A stretch of 64,000 nt of DNA from an uncultured delta proteobacterium. Lineage in GTDB: Bacteria > Desulfobacterota > Binatia > UBA9968. The position numbers were made by a program, and so were the translations under genes. Of the stretch, positions 30,313-42,033 are shown one piece after another; positions within the stretch are counted from its first letter, which is position 1, and the number at the start of each line of letters is the position of its first letter. The stretch covers positions 32,001-96,000 of the forward strand of contig CAWJZV010000004.1 in the NCBI GenBank assembly GCA_963847445.1, written 5' to 3'. The notes beneath the pieces were generated by a model. It made no database searches and was not told the origin of the DNA. It saw nothing but the letters and a program-made list of their open reading frames with translations.

Positions 30313-31017
30313 CTACGACAAGTACTCCACCGGCAGCGCCACTTCCTGCACCGAGCCATGGACCGCGCGCATACTGTAAGCCCGCGCGCCGCGCTTGGAC
30401 GCGATGACCTTGTGAACGGTATCGCCAATGAAATGCACGCCGGTCCAGTCTTCGATGGCGACGCCGGCGGCGATTTCACCGGCGGTTAACAACTTATGCA
30501 ACGACGGCCGGCGCTGCGCTTCGCCGTCGTAGTGCGGACAACAGCTGCCAGGGAGAAAACCGAGACAGTCGAGCGGCCGTAGACCGTCGGAAAAAGAATC
30601 GGTCAGCCCCTGCTCGAACCAGCAGATCGCACCGGCGCTGACTCCGGTGAGCACGATGCCGGATTGCCAGGCCTCGCGGAGTATCTCGATGACGCCCCAA
30701 TCGCGCCACACGGCGATCAAGCTTTTCGTGTTGCCGCCGCCGACGTAGATGACATCCTGGTTGAGCAGGAACGAGCGCAGGTCCGGCGTCCGTTTGAAAA
30801 ACGTCAGCACCGAAGGTTTGCAGCCAAGCTTTAAGAACGCGGCATAGAAACTGGCGACATAATGATCCGGCTCGCCGCTCGCCGTCGGGATGAAGCAGAC
30901 GCGCGCGCTGTCCGATCCGCTTTGCCGAATGACATATTTCTCCAGTTCAAGATTCTCTGCATCCCGGTAAAATCCGCCGCCGCCGATGGGAATGATCTGT
31001 TTGGCTTTCTCCGCCAC
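30313..31017 (-). CDS. Peptidase S51 family (dipeptidase E-like)
   Basis: FIPTAS, IYVGGGNT, GVSAGAICWF, CCPHYD. Confidence 0.92.
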   Translation of the reverse strand: MAEKAKQIIPIGGGGFYRDAENLELEKYVIRQSGSDSARVCFIPTASGEPDHYVASFYAAFLKLGCKPSVLTFFKRTPDLRSFLLNQDVIYVGGGNTKSLIAVWRDWGVIEILREAWQSGIVLTGVSAGAICWFEQGLTDSFSDGLRPLDCLGFLPGSCCPHYDGEAQRRPSLHKLLTAGEIAAGVAIEDWTGVHFIGDTVHKVIASKRGARAYSMRAVHGSVQEVALPVEYLS

Positions 31018-31034
31018 TCTCGTCTCCTCTGTTG

Positions 31035-32344
31035 CTAATACAATTTACACGCCCACTTCCCTCCGCCCCAATTGTCGACACCGCCGATGATCATATCGCG
31101 CGCGTCGAGTGTCAAAGCATTGGACGCCGGCGTCGTCGGCGCGCCGGGATAGGTCAAGACACGAATATCGCGGTAGGGACCGATGACTTTCTCCGCCGCG
31201 GGTAAGTCGATCCAGCGATCGCGGCTGCCGGTGCTGACCACGGCATCCGCTTCAGCGGCATAAAAGAGCAGCGGCGAATCGACACCGTCTTTGCCGCCGT
31301 ACTCGTAAGTGACCAGAACGGTTTTGATGCCGAGCCGCTCGCAGGCGCGGATCGTCAACATCATCTCGACGAAGGCATTGCCCGAGCCGAGCCAGGTTAG
31401 CAGCACGGCGTCGGCGCCCAAACTTTTCGCCAGTCGAGCCGTGTTGTGGGCGACGACTTCCTTGGCGTGATGGGTCTCGTAGGAAATGCGCTCTATGATG
31501 ACGCCGGCAAAATCGAGATTGTCCGCCGCTTGCTCGCGGTACAAAGCCAGCGCCAAAGGATGGTTTTGCCAATCCCAGGTGGTCGGATAATAACCGATGC
31601 CGCGGGTCGTGTTCATGGTCATCGCGCCGTCCAACAATTCATTGGGATCAAGCGCCGTCGCCAACGACTCGCGGATCGGCAGGCCGTAATAACTCACGCC
31701 GGCGTGGGGCTGCTGCGCTTGGGTGATGCAGCCTTGAATCAACACCACCCGTGGCCGCGAGCTGCGCTGCAGCCGCGATGAGAAAATCTCCGCGCGCGCA
31801 GCGGTCAATCCTTTGGTCGTTTCGGCGAGCTTGCACGCGACTTGATAGGCCGCGTGCTGAATCGCCTGGTGCGCTTCCAGTTCGCCCAAGCCGGCGCGAA
31901 TTTCCAAGCTCAACACCAGATGGCGCAGCCCGCTAAAGCGCGATGCCGCCGCGCCGGCGCCCCACATGTCGAGGATGGCGCTGCGCTGCACGCCGGTGCC
32001 GGCGCGAATCGTGCCCTCATAGGCCGCCGTCGCCAGCACCGCCATGCCGGAAAGCCGATGCGTCAAGCCGTCGCCCACCGTCACCACCGGACCGATGACG
32101 CCCGGGAAACACCTGCGCGTCACTGTCGATCTTGACTCGCGGCTCGATGACGTCGCGGATGCCGGTCACCCGCACCGGTTCACCCGGACCGACAACGTCG
32201 ATGCGCAGCTGATCGGATGCGCGGATCTTGGCATACCAGTCGAGTCAGATCCTCACGGTCAACTTCCAACAGACCCTCTTGATAACGATAGACGCTACCA
32301 AGACGAATCTGCCGCACGGGAAACTCAGCCAATGTAAGTTGCAT
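31035..32344 (-). CDS. Glycine/sarcosine/betaine reductase component B subunit (GrdE-like), paralog 2; frameshifts near 32200 and 32120
   Basis: MQLTLAEFPV..., HRLSGMAV, ILDMWG, PNELLDGA, NHPL, LGADAVLL, RLGIKTVLV; paralogous to 33462..34766. Confidence 0.85.
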
Positions 32345-32442
32345 GGAGGTTTTTGCTTGGCAACGATGGGTATCGCGAAGCTCAACCCATCCTACGATTT
32401 GAACGACTTGAACGTTTTGAACGGCTTGAACTTCGTCATCGA

Positions 32443-33462
32443 TTATTGAAACAGCCCGTCCTTCTCCAACTTGCGCACGATGCTGAATCGTCGACGATAT
32501 TAGCGGCCTTGAGCTGGCGGATCTTTTCATTGCCGAGGCCAAGCAAACGAATCGCGTTATTGATGCCCTCGAGATTCGGGAACGCGCGCCGCTCGTAGAC
32601 GTTGCGAATCACTTCGTAGCCCTCTTCCGCTTCCTCCGGCCGGACGATCTGCAAATTTTTGGTCAGGGTCGCCACCACCGCAGCCTTATTGGCCGGCCGT
32701 TGAATGAAAGCGATCGCTTCGACCAGAGCGCGGATCACTTTCTCCGCAGTGGCAGAGTTCGAGTTCAAATAACTTCGGCGCGCCAAAATCGCCGTGCTCT
32801 GAAACGGCACGCCGAGTTTGGTCAGATCGGCCATCACACGAAATCCCTGCTTCTTGAGCATGGTCGCGTAGGCGTAGCCGGCGTAGGTCGCATCCACAGC
32901 TGCCGAGCATCAACGACTGCACCATCACGGTTTCGTCGCCAACGATGCGCAGGTTGATGCCGTCCCGTTTAGGATCGAGTCCCCAGTGTTCGAGCACCAG
33001 CTGGGTGATCATCCAGATGCCGCCGCCGATGCTCTGGATGCCGATGTTCTTGCCCTTCAAATCGGCCGGCGACGCGATCGCCGCCGACGCCACCATGGTG
33101 CCGTTGAGTTTGTTGGCCAAGCCGGCGATGAAAGCCAGGTCGAGGCCGTTGGCGATGGCGCCGAGCACCGAACCATTGGCCGAACCCGAATAGAACTGCG
33201 CCTCCCCCGCCGATAGCGCCGACAACGCCACCGCGGCGTTGCGCATGTAGATCAGATTGACATCGAGATCGTGCTTGCGAAAGAAGCCCTGGTCGCGCGC
33301 CACCAGCAAAGCGCCGGCGCCGCGCTCGTTGAGCGAGGCGTAGGCGATGACGATTTTGCTCGGCGCCGTGGCGGCGCCGGCGAACTCCATGGTCACGAGT
33401 AAGGCAATTAATTGCATCGCAATAACCGTTGCCAGTCTTTTCATCATTCGCTCCGTTTGCAT
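32443..33462 (-). CDS. ABC substrate-binding protein, NMT1/SsuA family (frameshifts near 32900 and 32480)
   Basis: Signal peptide; DQGFFRKHDLDV, DLKGKNIGIQSIGGG, PFQSTAILARRSY; TGATG overlap with the upstream grdE-like stop. Confidence 0.85.
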
Positions 33463-34766
33463 CAAAAAGCCGCGCAGTTCCAGCCGCCGCGCCCCCAATA
33501 ATCGACGCCGCCGAGAATCATGTCGCGTGCGTCAAGCGTGAACGGGCCGCGCGCCGAAGTTAGCGGCGCGCCCGGATAGGTCAACACTTTGATTTCCTCG
33601 TAGGGACCGACAATTTTTTCCGCCGCCGGCAGTTCGATCCAGCGATCGCGGCTGCCGGTGCTGGTCATGGCGCTCGCTGCCGGCGTGTAAAATAACAGCG
33701 GCGAATCGACGCCGTCTTTGCCGCCGTATTCGTAGGTCACCAAATTGGTCTTGATGCCGCGCCGCTCGCAGGCGCGCAGCGTCAGCATGACATCGACAAA
33801 GGCGTTGCCGGAACCGATCCAGGACAGCAGCGCCGCGTCGGCGCCCAGCATGGTCGCCAATTGCGCGGTATTCTGGGCGATCACTTCTTTGCCGTGAAAG
33901 GTGTCGAAGGCGATGCGTTCGAGAATGACACCCAAAAAGTTGACGCTGCGGCGGTGCGCGCGGTAGAGCCCGAGCAGCAACGGATGATTCTGCCAATCCC
34001 AGGTGACCGGGAAGTAGGCCAGGCAGCGAGTGGCGTACATGGTGAAGGCGCCGTCGAGAAACTCATTGGGGTGCACCGCGGTCGCCAGCGAGTCGCGGAT
34101 CGGCAGGCCGAAATAGCCGACGCCGGAGTGCGGATTGCCGGCGTCGGTCAAACAACCTTGAATCAGCAAGACACTCGGCAGCGTCGGATCGGCGCCGCCT
34201 AATTCAAAGACTTCGATTTGCCCCGGAGTCAATCCAAGCGTCACTTCAGCCAAGCGCTTGGCGGTTTCCAAAGCGGCGCGCTGAATGATCGTATGCGCGG
34301 TGAGTTCCGACAACCCCTTCGCCAGGCGCAGATTCAGGACCAATCCGTTGAGCCCGCTGAATGGCGAAGCCGCCGCGCCGTCGCCCCACATGTCGAGAAT
34401 CGCGCTGCGCTGCACGCCGAGCCCAGCGCGCACCATGCCCTCGTACTCGGCGGTGACGAACACAGCCATGCCGGAGAGCCGATGTGTCCGGCCCGCGCCG
34501 ACCGGTTGCACCGGCCCGAGCACGCCGGGAAACACTTGCCCCGAGCCGCTCACTTTGACGCGCGGCTCGACGACATCGCGGATGCCGGTAATGCGAACTC
34601 TATCGCCGGGCGAGACGACATCGAGCCAAGCCGCCTCGATACGCCCCTCCTGCAAAACCGCCTGCTCGATGGCCGACTTGTCAACGGTCAGCTGCCCGGC
34701 GGCGTAGTGAAACCGATCGGCGAGCTTGATGCTCGCCACCGGAAACTCCGCCAACTCAAGACGCAT
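33462..34766 (-). CDS. Glycine/sarcosine/betaine reductase component B subunit (GrdE-like), paralog 1
   Basis: 434 aa; PGDRVRITGIRDVVEPRVKV, FPG, VGAGRTHRLSG, HPNEFLDGA, NHPL, LGADAA, GIKT. Confidence 0.9.
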   Translation of the reverse strand: MRLELAEFPVASIKLADRFHYAAGQLTVDKSAIEQAVLQEGRIEAAWLDVVSPGDRVRITGIRDVVEPRVKVSGSGQVFPGVLGPVQPVGAGRTHRLSGMAVFVTAEYEGMVRAGLGVQRSAILDMWGDGAAASPFSGLNGLVLNLRLAKGLSELTAHTIIQRAALETAKRLAEVTLGLTPGQIEVFELGGADPTLPSVLLIQGCLTDAGNPHSGVGYFGLPIRDSLATAVHPNEFLDGAFTMYATRCLAYFPVTWDWQNHPLLLGLYRAHRRSVNFLGVILERIAFDTFHGKEVIAQNTAQLATMLGADAALLSWIGSGNAFVDVMLTLRACERRGIKTNLVTYEYGGKDGVDSPLLFYTPAASAMTSTGSRDRWIELPAAEKIVGPYEEIKVLTYPGAPLTSARGPFTLDARDMILGGVDYWGRGGWNCAAF

Positions 34767-34795
34767 GGATATTTCCTGGACAAATGACTCATAAC

Positions 34796-34885
34796 ATCCC
34801 CCTTTGAAAAAGGGGGACTGAGGGGGATTTGCAGTTTGCCAACGTAAGAAAATCCCCCCTTCCCCCCTTTTTCAAAGGGGGGGAT
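34796..34885. repeat. REP-like palindrome (CCCCCTTTGAAAAAGGGGG family), followed by CACGAG tandem units
   Basis: ATCCCCCTTTGAAAAAGGGGGACTGAGGGGGATTT ... AAATCCCCCCTTCCCCCCTTTTTCAAAGGGGGGGAT. Confidence 0.8.
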
Positions 34886-34953
34886 AAACTCATCGAACTC
34901 GTACGGTCATGAATCGTAACACGAGCACGAACGAACACGAGCACGACTTACCC

Positions 34954-36295
34954 TCACGCGCCCGTCGCGATCTTCGGCGTGAACACCGTCGACGATTCGA
35001 CCTTCGCCTCAAGCGCCTTCAATGCCGTCGAGACAATCTCGCGGCGCAACTGCGCGTCCAGCGCGGCGGGCAAGCTCGGGTCGCCGCAGGGATGCGGTAT
35101 CGACACGCCTTTGACGATGCGGCTGGCGCCCACCTGTTCCGCCACCGGATACATCGCACTGATCATCGCCACCGGAAGTTTCGCGCGATCGAGTTCTTTG
35201 CTAATCACAGCGCCGCTGCGACTACAGGTGCCTCACGTTGCCACCAGCAAGACCGCTTCGACACCGTCTTTTTTTAGATCGGCGGCGATCTCCTGGCCGA
35301 CCCGGCGCATCACCGCCGGCGAGCCCTGGTTGCCGGGGATCACGTAGTAAGCTGGATAGAGCTTGCCGCGGCCGATCTTGCCGTCGGCTTCCAAAGAGCG
35401 CAGCGCGTCGAGGGGCATGCCGTAGTGCGGGTTTTGATTCATGAAGGCGACATTGTAACCGCCATGCACCGCTTCCCACTGGCCCGGCTCCAACGATTTC
35501 ACCTCGGAGAAATTATATTTACGCCAAAATGTATTGCGATAGGTTTTGAAGCCGTCGGGGTTGCCCCAGGGCACGACGCCGCCGGTGCAAATCACCGCCA
35601 GGTTCGCCGCCGCGGAGTCGGCCAGCGGCGCCGCCGGCTCCACCTGGTCCCAGACTTCCATCGGGATCTCGGTGGTGAAGGGCTTGCCGTCGATCTTGGC
35701 GAGCAACATCTCGATGGCGCGATCCGCGCCGCTCTTGTCGACACGCACCAGCCGGCGAATGCCGCGCGGCAAATATCCCTCCGCCGCCGCCGGTCCGATC
35801 TCCTCGCCATTGGCCAAACGGCAGGCAAAGGTCGCCAGCGCCGTCAGCGCCCGCGCCATGCCCGACGCGGTTTCCGCCGTCGGCAGTAAAAACACTTTGT
35901 CGTTGTGATTGTCGCGGTAGACGCCGACGCCGGGGTTTTCCGGCTCCATGCCGGTGACACAGCGCAGGCCAAGCTTCTCGCTCACCGCCTGGCAAATCTC
36001 CACGCAGGCGAGGCCATAACGGCCGGCGTTAAACGCCGGACCGGCGACCACCACGTCAGGTTTTTGTTTTTCTAATTCGGCGGTAATGGCCGCCAGCGCC
36101 TGCATCTTTGTGTTCATGAAAATAATTGTCGCCAAAGTAAAGCGTCGCGACCACCTGGCCGCGCTCGGCCAGCTGAGTTTGCAGACCGCGGGCCGCCCCC
36201 GCCGCGCCGTCGGCGACGGCAACGGCCATATCGGCCTTCTCTTCGCCGCCGATGCCGGCGAAAAACTGATTCAGGATATGCACGACTCGGATCAT
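34954..36295 (-). CDS. grdB: Glycine/betaine/sarcosine/D-proline reductase family selenoprotein B (Sec UGA at 35233-35235; frameshift near 36100)
   Basis: MIRVVHILNQFFAGIGGEEKAD, AGPAFNAGRYG, TGGVVPWGNPD, HGGY, LLVAT-TGA-GTCSRSGA, IPHPCGDP; TGA is in frame at the canonical UxxC. Confidence 0.93.
35205..35235 (-). promoter_or_regulatory. Candidate bacterial SECIS hairpin of grdB
   Basis: UGA GGCACCUG then UAGUCGCAGC-GGC-GCUGUGAUUA (10-bp stem with G-U pairs). Confidence 0.6.
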
Positions 36296-36346
36296 AGTTT
36301 ACCCCCCACTCTCGACCTTTGGTTTTGGTGCCTGCCCGCGCACTCA

Positions 36347-37345
36347 CTAATTCTCTAACTTCCTCACGATCCGATCGTCGATCAAATCTTCCACTTTCAG
36401 CTTAGCGAATTTGGCGTCGGCTTTGCTGAGCACGCGCAGCGCATTTTGCACGCCCTCTCGGGTTGGGCTGATGCGACGGTCATAGAGCGATTTCATTCGT
36501 TCGTAGAGTTCGTCGGTATTCTCGCTGGCCGGCAGCCGCAGCCATTTGCGCAGGCTGCGGATGACCGCCGGCTGATTGTTCTTGTCCTGCAGGAACACGT
36601 TCGCTTTGATAAACGCTCTAAGCGTCTTCTCGACGGTGTCGGGCGAGCCGGCGATAAAACTTCGGCGTGCGACCAAGCCGGTTCCCTGGTACGGAATCTT
36701 AAGTGTCCCGAGATCGGCCAAAAGCCGTCCGCCATTTCGCTGCACCACACTGCTGTAGGCATAGCCCAAAACGGCGCCTTCGATAATACCGGCACCGAGA
36801 GCCTGAACCAAGACGGACTGGTCGCCGATCACGCGCATCTGAATCTTATCGCGCTCCGGACTGATGCCCCAATGATCGAAGGTCATCATCGTGAACATCC
36901 AGATGCCGCCGCCGATACTCTGCACGCCAATAATTTTCCCTTTCAAATCGTCCGGTTTTTGAATCTTCGGCGCAACGTAAAAGTATCCGTCAAGCTTGTT
37001 GATCATTCCCGCGACCCAGACGAGATCGAGCCCGCTCACCATGGCGCCGAGGGCCGAGCCGGTCGCTGAGACGGTGTAGAACTCCGCCTCGTTGGCCGCC
37101 ATCGCCGCCACCGCCACCGGACCGCTGTTCACCTGGACGAGATCGGCTTCAAGCCCATGTTCTTCAAAAAAATGTTGGTCTTTGGCGACGAAGAAAAGCC
37201 CCATGCGTTCGCTAAAGTCAGCGAAGAGGATGCGCACTCTCTTTGTCGGCGTCGCTGCCAATGCGTCCGACACCAGAGTGAAAACCAATAGGAACGCGAT
37301 GATGATCACGTTTGCAACAGGCTTCGCATGGAGCGAACGCAGCAT
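36347..37345 (-). CDS. ABC substrate-binding protein, NMT1/SsuA family
   Basis: Own RBS GGAAGGAG, ATG 37345, signal peptide ending DALA; [15 protein letters not shown]; close paralog of 32443..33462. Confidence 0.88.
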   Translation of the reverse strand: MLRSLHAKPVANVIIIAFLLVFTLVSDALAATPTKRVRILFADFSERMGLFFVAKDQHFFEEHGLEADLVQVNSGPVAVAAMAANEAEFYTVSATGSALGAMVSGLDLVWVAGMINKLDGYFYVAPKIQKPDDLKGKIIGVQSIGGGIWMFTMMTFDHWGISPERDKIQMRVIGDQSVLVQALGAGIIEGAVLGYAYSSVVQRNGGRLLADLGTLKIPYQGTGLVARRSFIAGSPDTVEKTLRAFIKANVFLQDKNNQPAVIRSLRKWLRLPASENTDELYERMKSLYDRRISPTREGVQNALRVLSKADAKFAKLKVEDLIDDRIVRKLEN

Positions 37346-37433
37346 GGAGAAACTCCTTCCAACCGAGTGATCGACGATAATCGAAGAGTCTGGGTAATTG
37401 AATAACTCCAGCCGGTGTAAAATTGCAATCACT

Positions 37434-38324
37434 GGTTTCAGCGCGCCGAGAGCGATTAGCGTCTGCTTCACGTCTTCAAGCGCTTCCGCCGTCAGCGGCG
37501 CTTGCGGCGGCAATGGCGCGCCCACCGCGTAACCCTGAAGTTCGAGGGCGCCTTTGATGCAGGCGGCGAGATTGTATTTGGCGAAGGCCTGGTTGAGCGC
37601 CCACAGCGGCCGCTGCAACTCCATCGCTCGCGTCCAATCGCCGCGCCGGCAAGTCTCGTAAAGCGCAACACTCTGGCGCGGCGCGACGCAGGCCGGCCCC
37701 GCCATCCAGCCGACACCGCCGATCAACATGACCGCGGCGGGAATATGCGCCGACGCGGCAAATACTTTCATCCGCCCCTGCACTTGATTGAGAATCGACA
37801 GGAGCCGGCCGGTATTGTTCGATGCGTCTTTGATATAACCGATGTTGGGAATGTGACTGAGCCGGTCGATCACCGGCAGGCTTAAATCGGAGCGTTGAAA
37901 GGTCGGATTGGTATAGAGCACCACGGGGAGCGAAACCGCGTCGGCAATCGCCTTGAAGTAATCGAACACGCCGCCGTCCGAAAGCGGGAAATAGGCTTCG
38001 AGAATGGCGAGAATGCCGCTCGCCCCCATCTGCGCGAACTCCCGCGCCTGCGCCGTCGCATCCGCGATGGTCGTCGATGCCACCCCCGCCACCACCGGCA
38101 CCCGCCCGCGCGCCGCCTCGATGACGACTTCAACCACCCGCCGCCGCTGCGCCCAGTTCAGATAGGCAAACTCGCCGGTCGAACCGAGCGGCGTCAGGCC
38201 ATGGACGCCGGCATTAATCAGGTCGTCGCACAGGCGCGCCAGCACCTCGGCTCTCGACATTGCCGCAGGCATCGATCGGGCGAAACCAGATAGGGAAACA
38301 CGCCATGGAAATCGGAGTTGCCAT
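37434..38324 (-). CDS. Dihydrodipicolinate synthase / class I aldolase family protein (N-terminus frameshifted; no stop before the next gene)
   Basis: [23 protein letters not shown], Schiff-base Lys in IKDAS; 3' end approximate. Confidence 0.85.
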
Positions 38325-38334
38325 CATAGCCTTG

Positions 38335-38919
38335 TTAACCATGAAACGTTGACCTATTACCTGTTCGCGGCGAACCGGCGATTTCAGCGAGTATTGCCCG
38401 CCAGAAACATCGCCAATTCTCAACATGCGCAAAGGTCGGATACGCAGTCAGGCCGAATCCCATAGCCGGCCCGGCGCGCCGCGTTCGTAGCCGATGGCGA
38501 ATAGGATGCGACCCACGACAAACAGTATCGCCGCGACCGGAATCGCGCGCAGCCAAGCTATGCGGCATGACCGCCGGCCCAAATCAGATAGACCGCGACC
38601 GCCAGCATGGCCTGCTCCAGAGTATTCTGCAAAATTGCTCGCAGCACCAATACTGCGCGAGGTTCCGACTGGTCAACCCGCTGCCGTCGATATCTTCCGG
38701 CGTGGAGAATCGATGGTTCGCCACGCGCATGATGAAGATCATCAGAGGGAAAATCGGCAGCACACCCACTGCAACGTCCAGGCGATTCGCGCCGCCGGTT
38801 CGTCGCGCGGCAAGCGCGCACATGGGAATTAACCACGACACCCCGCCGAGACCGACGACCGTGGCTGCCGCGGCAGGAACCACGCCGCGGATCACACCTC
38901 GTTGTTTATCGGTCAACAT
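38335..38919 (-). CDS. MAPEG family membrane protein (multiple frameshifts)
   Basis: RFSTPEDIDGSG, LQNTLEQAML, GRILFAIGY..GAPGRAMGFGLT across frames; 3' end approximate. Confidence 0.7.
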
Positions 38920-39373
38920 GCGTCGCTCGTGATTTCTTGGCAGCGGCGACGATCTCATCCAGTTGCACCATCTCTTGCGCCGCGTCGTCGAGCTCTTTGG
39001 TGCCGGTGCAGATTCCGCTCTGAAGATCTTCTGGTTTTGCCACCGCGTAGACGAGATATTCTTTCTTCTCCTCGAACGGAAACCCGCAGGCCTCGCCGGT
39101 CAGGCGGGTTGCGAGCTCGATGCTCGTCTCCGGCGCACCTTTCCAACGCTTCAACACCGCGAATGTCACTCGATGAGCCACCGCTGTTCGTCAAGCCGAT
39201 ACGATCCCAAAAAGGCCGCCGATCTCGCTCACCCTGCCGCGAAATACCGCTATCGACCGATTCAGTCCGTCAGCCGGTCCGGCAGGAGCGGCGCAACTAC
39301 AGGCTTGGGCTGGCTCCGCGCTCAGAACCAAGACCAACGTAGTGCCAAGGAACAGGGTCGCCGGAAAATTCAT
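38906..39373 (-). CDS. Secreted TIMP/NTR-like CSC-motif protein (frameshift near 39200)
   Basis: Signal peptide then ACSC, VFRGRV, KRWKG, ACGFPF...YLVYA, ICTGT. Confidence 0.7.
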
Positions 39374-39615
39374 GCTTTGTGGATCAATTCTGAAAGTCCG
39401 TTTGATTCTCATTGGATTCTGGCGAACTGTCAAGTTGTCCTAACCAGAAGTGGCTATCGTCAGGGCTGAACGATATGGCTGCACTGGAACCCGACTGCAC
39501 GGAGCTTACGCCGGGTGATGACATCCAACCGTTTTTTCAGTAGAGTCCCCCAGTGGCAGGCGGGCCGCCGACTCGAGGCAACCGCCCTCCCCGAAAAGTC
39601 ACTGGAGGCACTCAC

Positions 39616-40893
<1,278 letters not shown>

Positions 40894-40989
40894 CCAAGAT
40901 CCCGCAGGGTCGAAGGATTTTTCGCCCCTAACTTTGTGCCCTTTGCGTTCTTTGCGGCCAATCCTATCCTATTTTCCAAGGAGCTATTC

Positions 40990-41880
40990 ATGACCTTGTA
41001 CGACGACATGATGGAAGGCGTCATCGACGTTCACTGCCACATCGATTTCGAGTTTTCCGCCAAGGAGCGCAAACGCGAGCCGGAGTTTCTCTGGCTGCCC
41101 AAGGCCGAGGCGATGGGCATGCGCGGTGTCGTGCTGAAATCCCACTGGTGGCCGACGGTCAACGTCACGCCGTACATCTTGTCTTCGGTGCAAACCAACG
41201 TCGCGCTCTGGTCGAGCGTCGCGCTGAACCTCACCGCCGGCGGACCGAATCCGTGCATCGTCGACGCCTGCGCCGCCCTCGGCGGCAAGATGATTTTCCT
41301 GCCGACGTGGAGCGCGCGCAATGACGTCGAGCGCAAAGGCTTCAGCAGCCGCATCAAGTCCTACTACGCCAACCACGCCAAGTTAGAAAACCCGAACTAT
41401 TATTTTCTCGACGACCAAGGCAAGCTGATCAAAAGCGGCTATGAGATCATCGAGTGCTGCAAAGCCCACGACCTGACCCTCGGCATGGGCCATGTGTCGT
41501 GGCAGGAATCTCTCGCCTTTATCGCAGCCGCGCGCGACATGGGCTACAGCCACAGGCTGGTGATCAATCATGTGCAGAGCCACATCATCGCCATGCCGGT
41601 GGACGCCATGAAAAAAGCCGCCGAGATGGGCGCATTCCTCGAAGCCTGCTGGAATGCGCTGGCACCCGGACGCATGGACTCGCCGGAACTGGTCGCCCAG
41701 TTCCGCCAAGTCGGACTGCGCCAGATCGTCGCCAGCACCGACTACTTCCGCCCCTACAGTCCCAATCCCGCCGAACTATTTAGAATGTACCTGGGCATGC
41801 TCCACGAAGGCGGCTTGAGCAAGGGCGAAGTCAATCAAGTCGCGTCGATCAACCCGGCGCGGCTCATGGGCATGGCGTAA
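40990..41880 (+). CDS. Amidohydrolase-fold metalloprotein (DUF6282-like)
   Basis: IDVHCH, VLKSH, FLPT, GH, NH, STD, NPARL. Confidence 0.8.
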   Translation: MTLYDDMMEGVIDVHCHIDFEFSAKERKREPEFLWLPKAEAMGMRGVVLKSHWWPTVNVTPYILSSVQTNVALWSSVALNLTAGGPNPCIVDACAALGGKMIFLPTWSARNDVERKGFSSRIKSYYANHAKLENPNYYFLDDQGKLIKSGYEIIECCKAHDLTLGMGHVSWQESLAFIAAARDMGYSHRLVINHVQSHIIAMPVDAMKKAAEMGAFLEACWNALAPGRMDSPELVAQFRQVGLRQIVASTDYFRPYSPNPAELFRMYLGMLHEGGLSKGEVNQVASINPARLMGMA

Positions 41881-42033
41881 AAGCTTCGGCTAACCGATCA
41901 TCGTTCCAAGCAACAATCTCTCGTCATCGAACCCGGCGCGTTTCGACCGTGATCCGGTAAAGATTCGCTGCTTCAGAGCAGTCAAACGCGCAGGGTTAGT
42001 CCGGCAGATGTCAAAGGCGGGGGCGCACTCGAA

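Noticed and set aside
34954-35235. grdB as two genes or a nonsense pseudogene
   Set aside because: The TGA sits at the conserved Sec of UxxC, in frame, with a downstream hairpin.
39455-39535. Firm call of a fluoride or SAM-IV riboswitch
   Set aside because: Only fragments of the consensus (TGATGAC, CCGGGTGATGAC) are present and the required pairing partners were not found by eye; kept only as a low-confidence finding.
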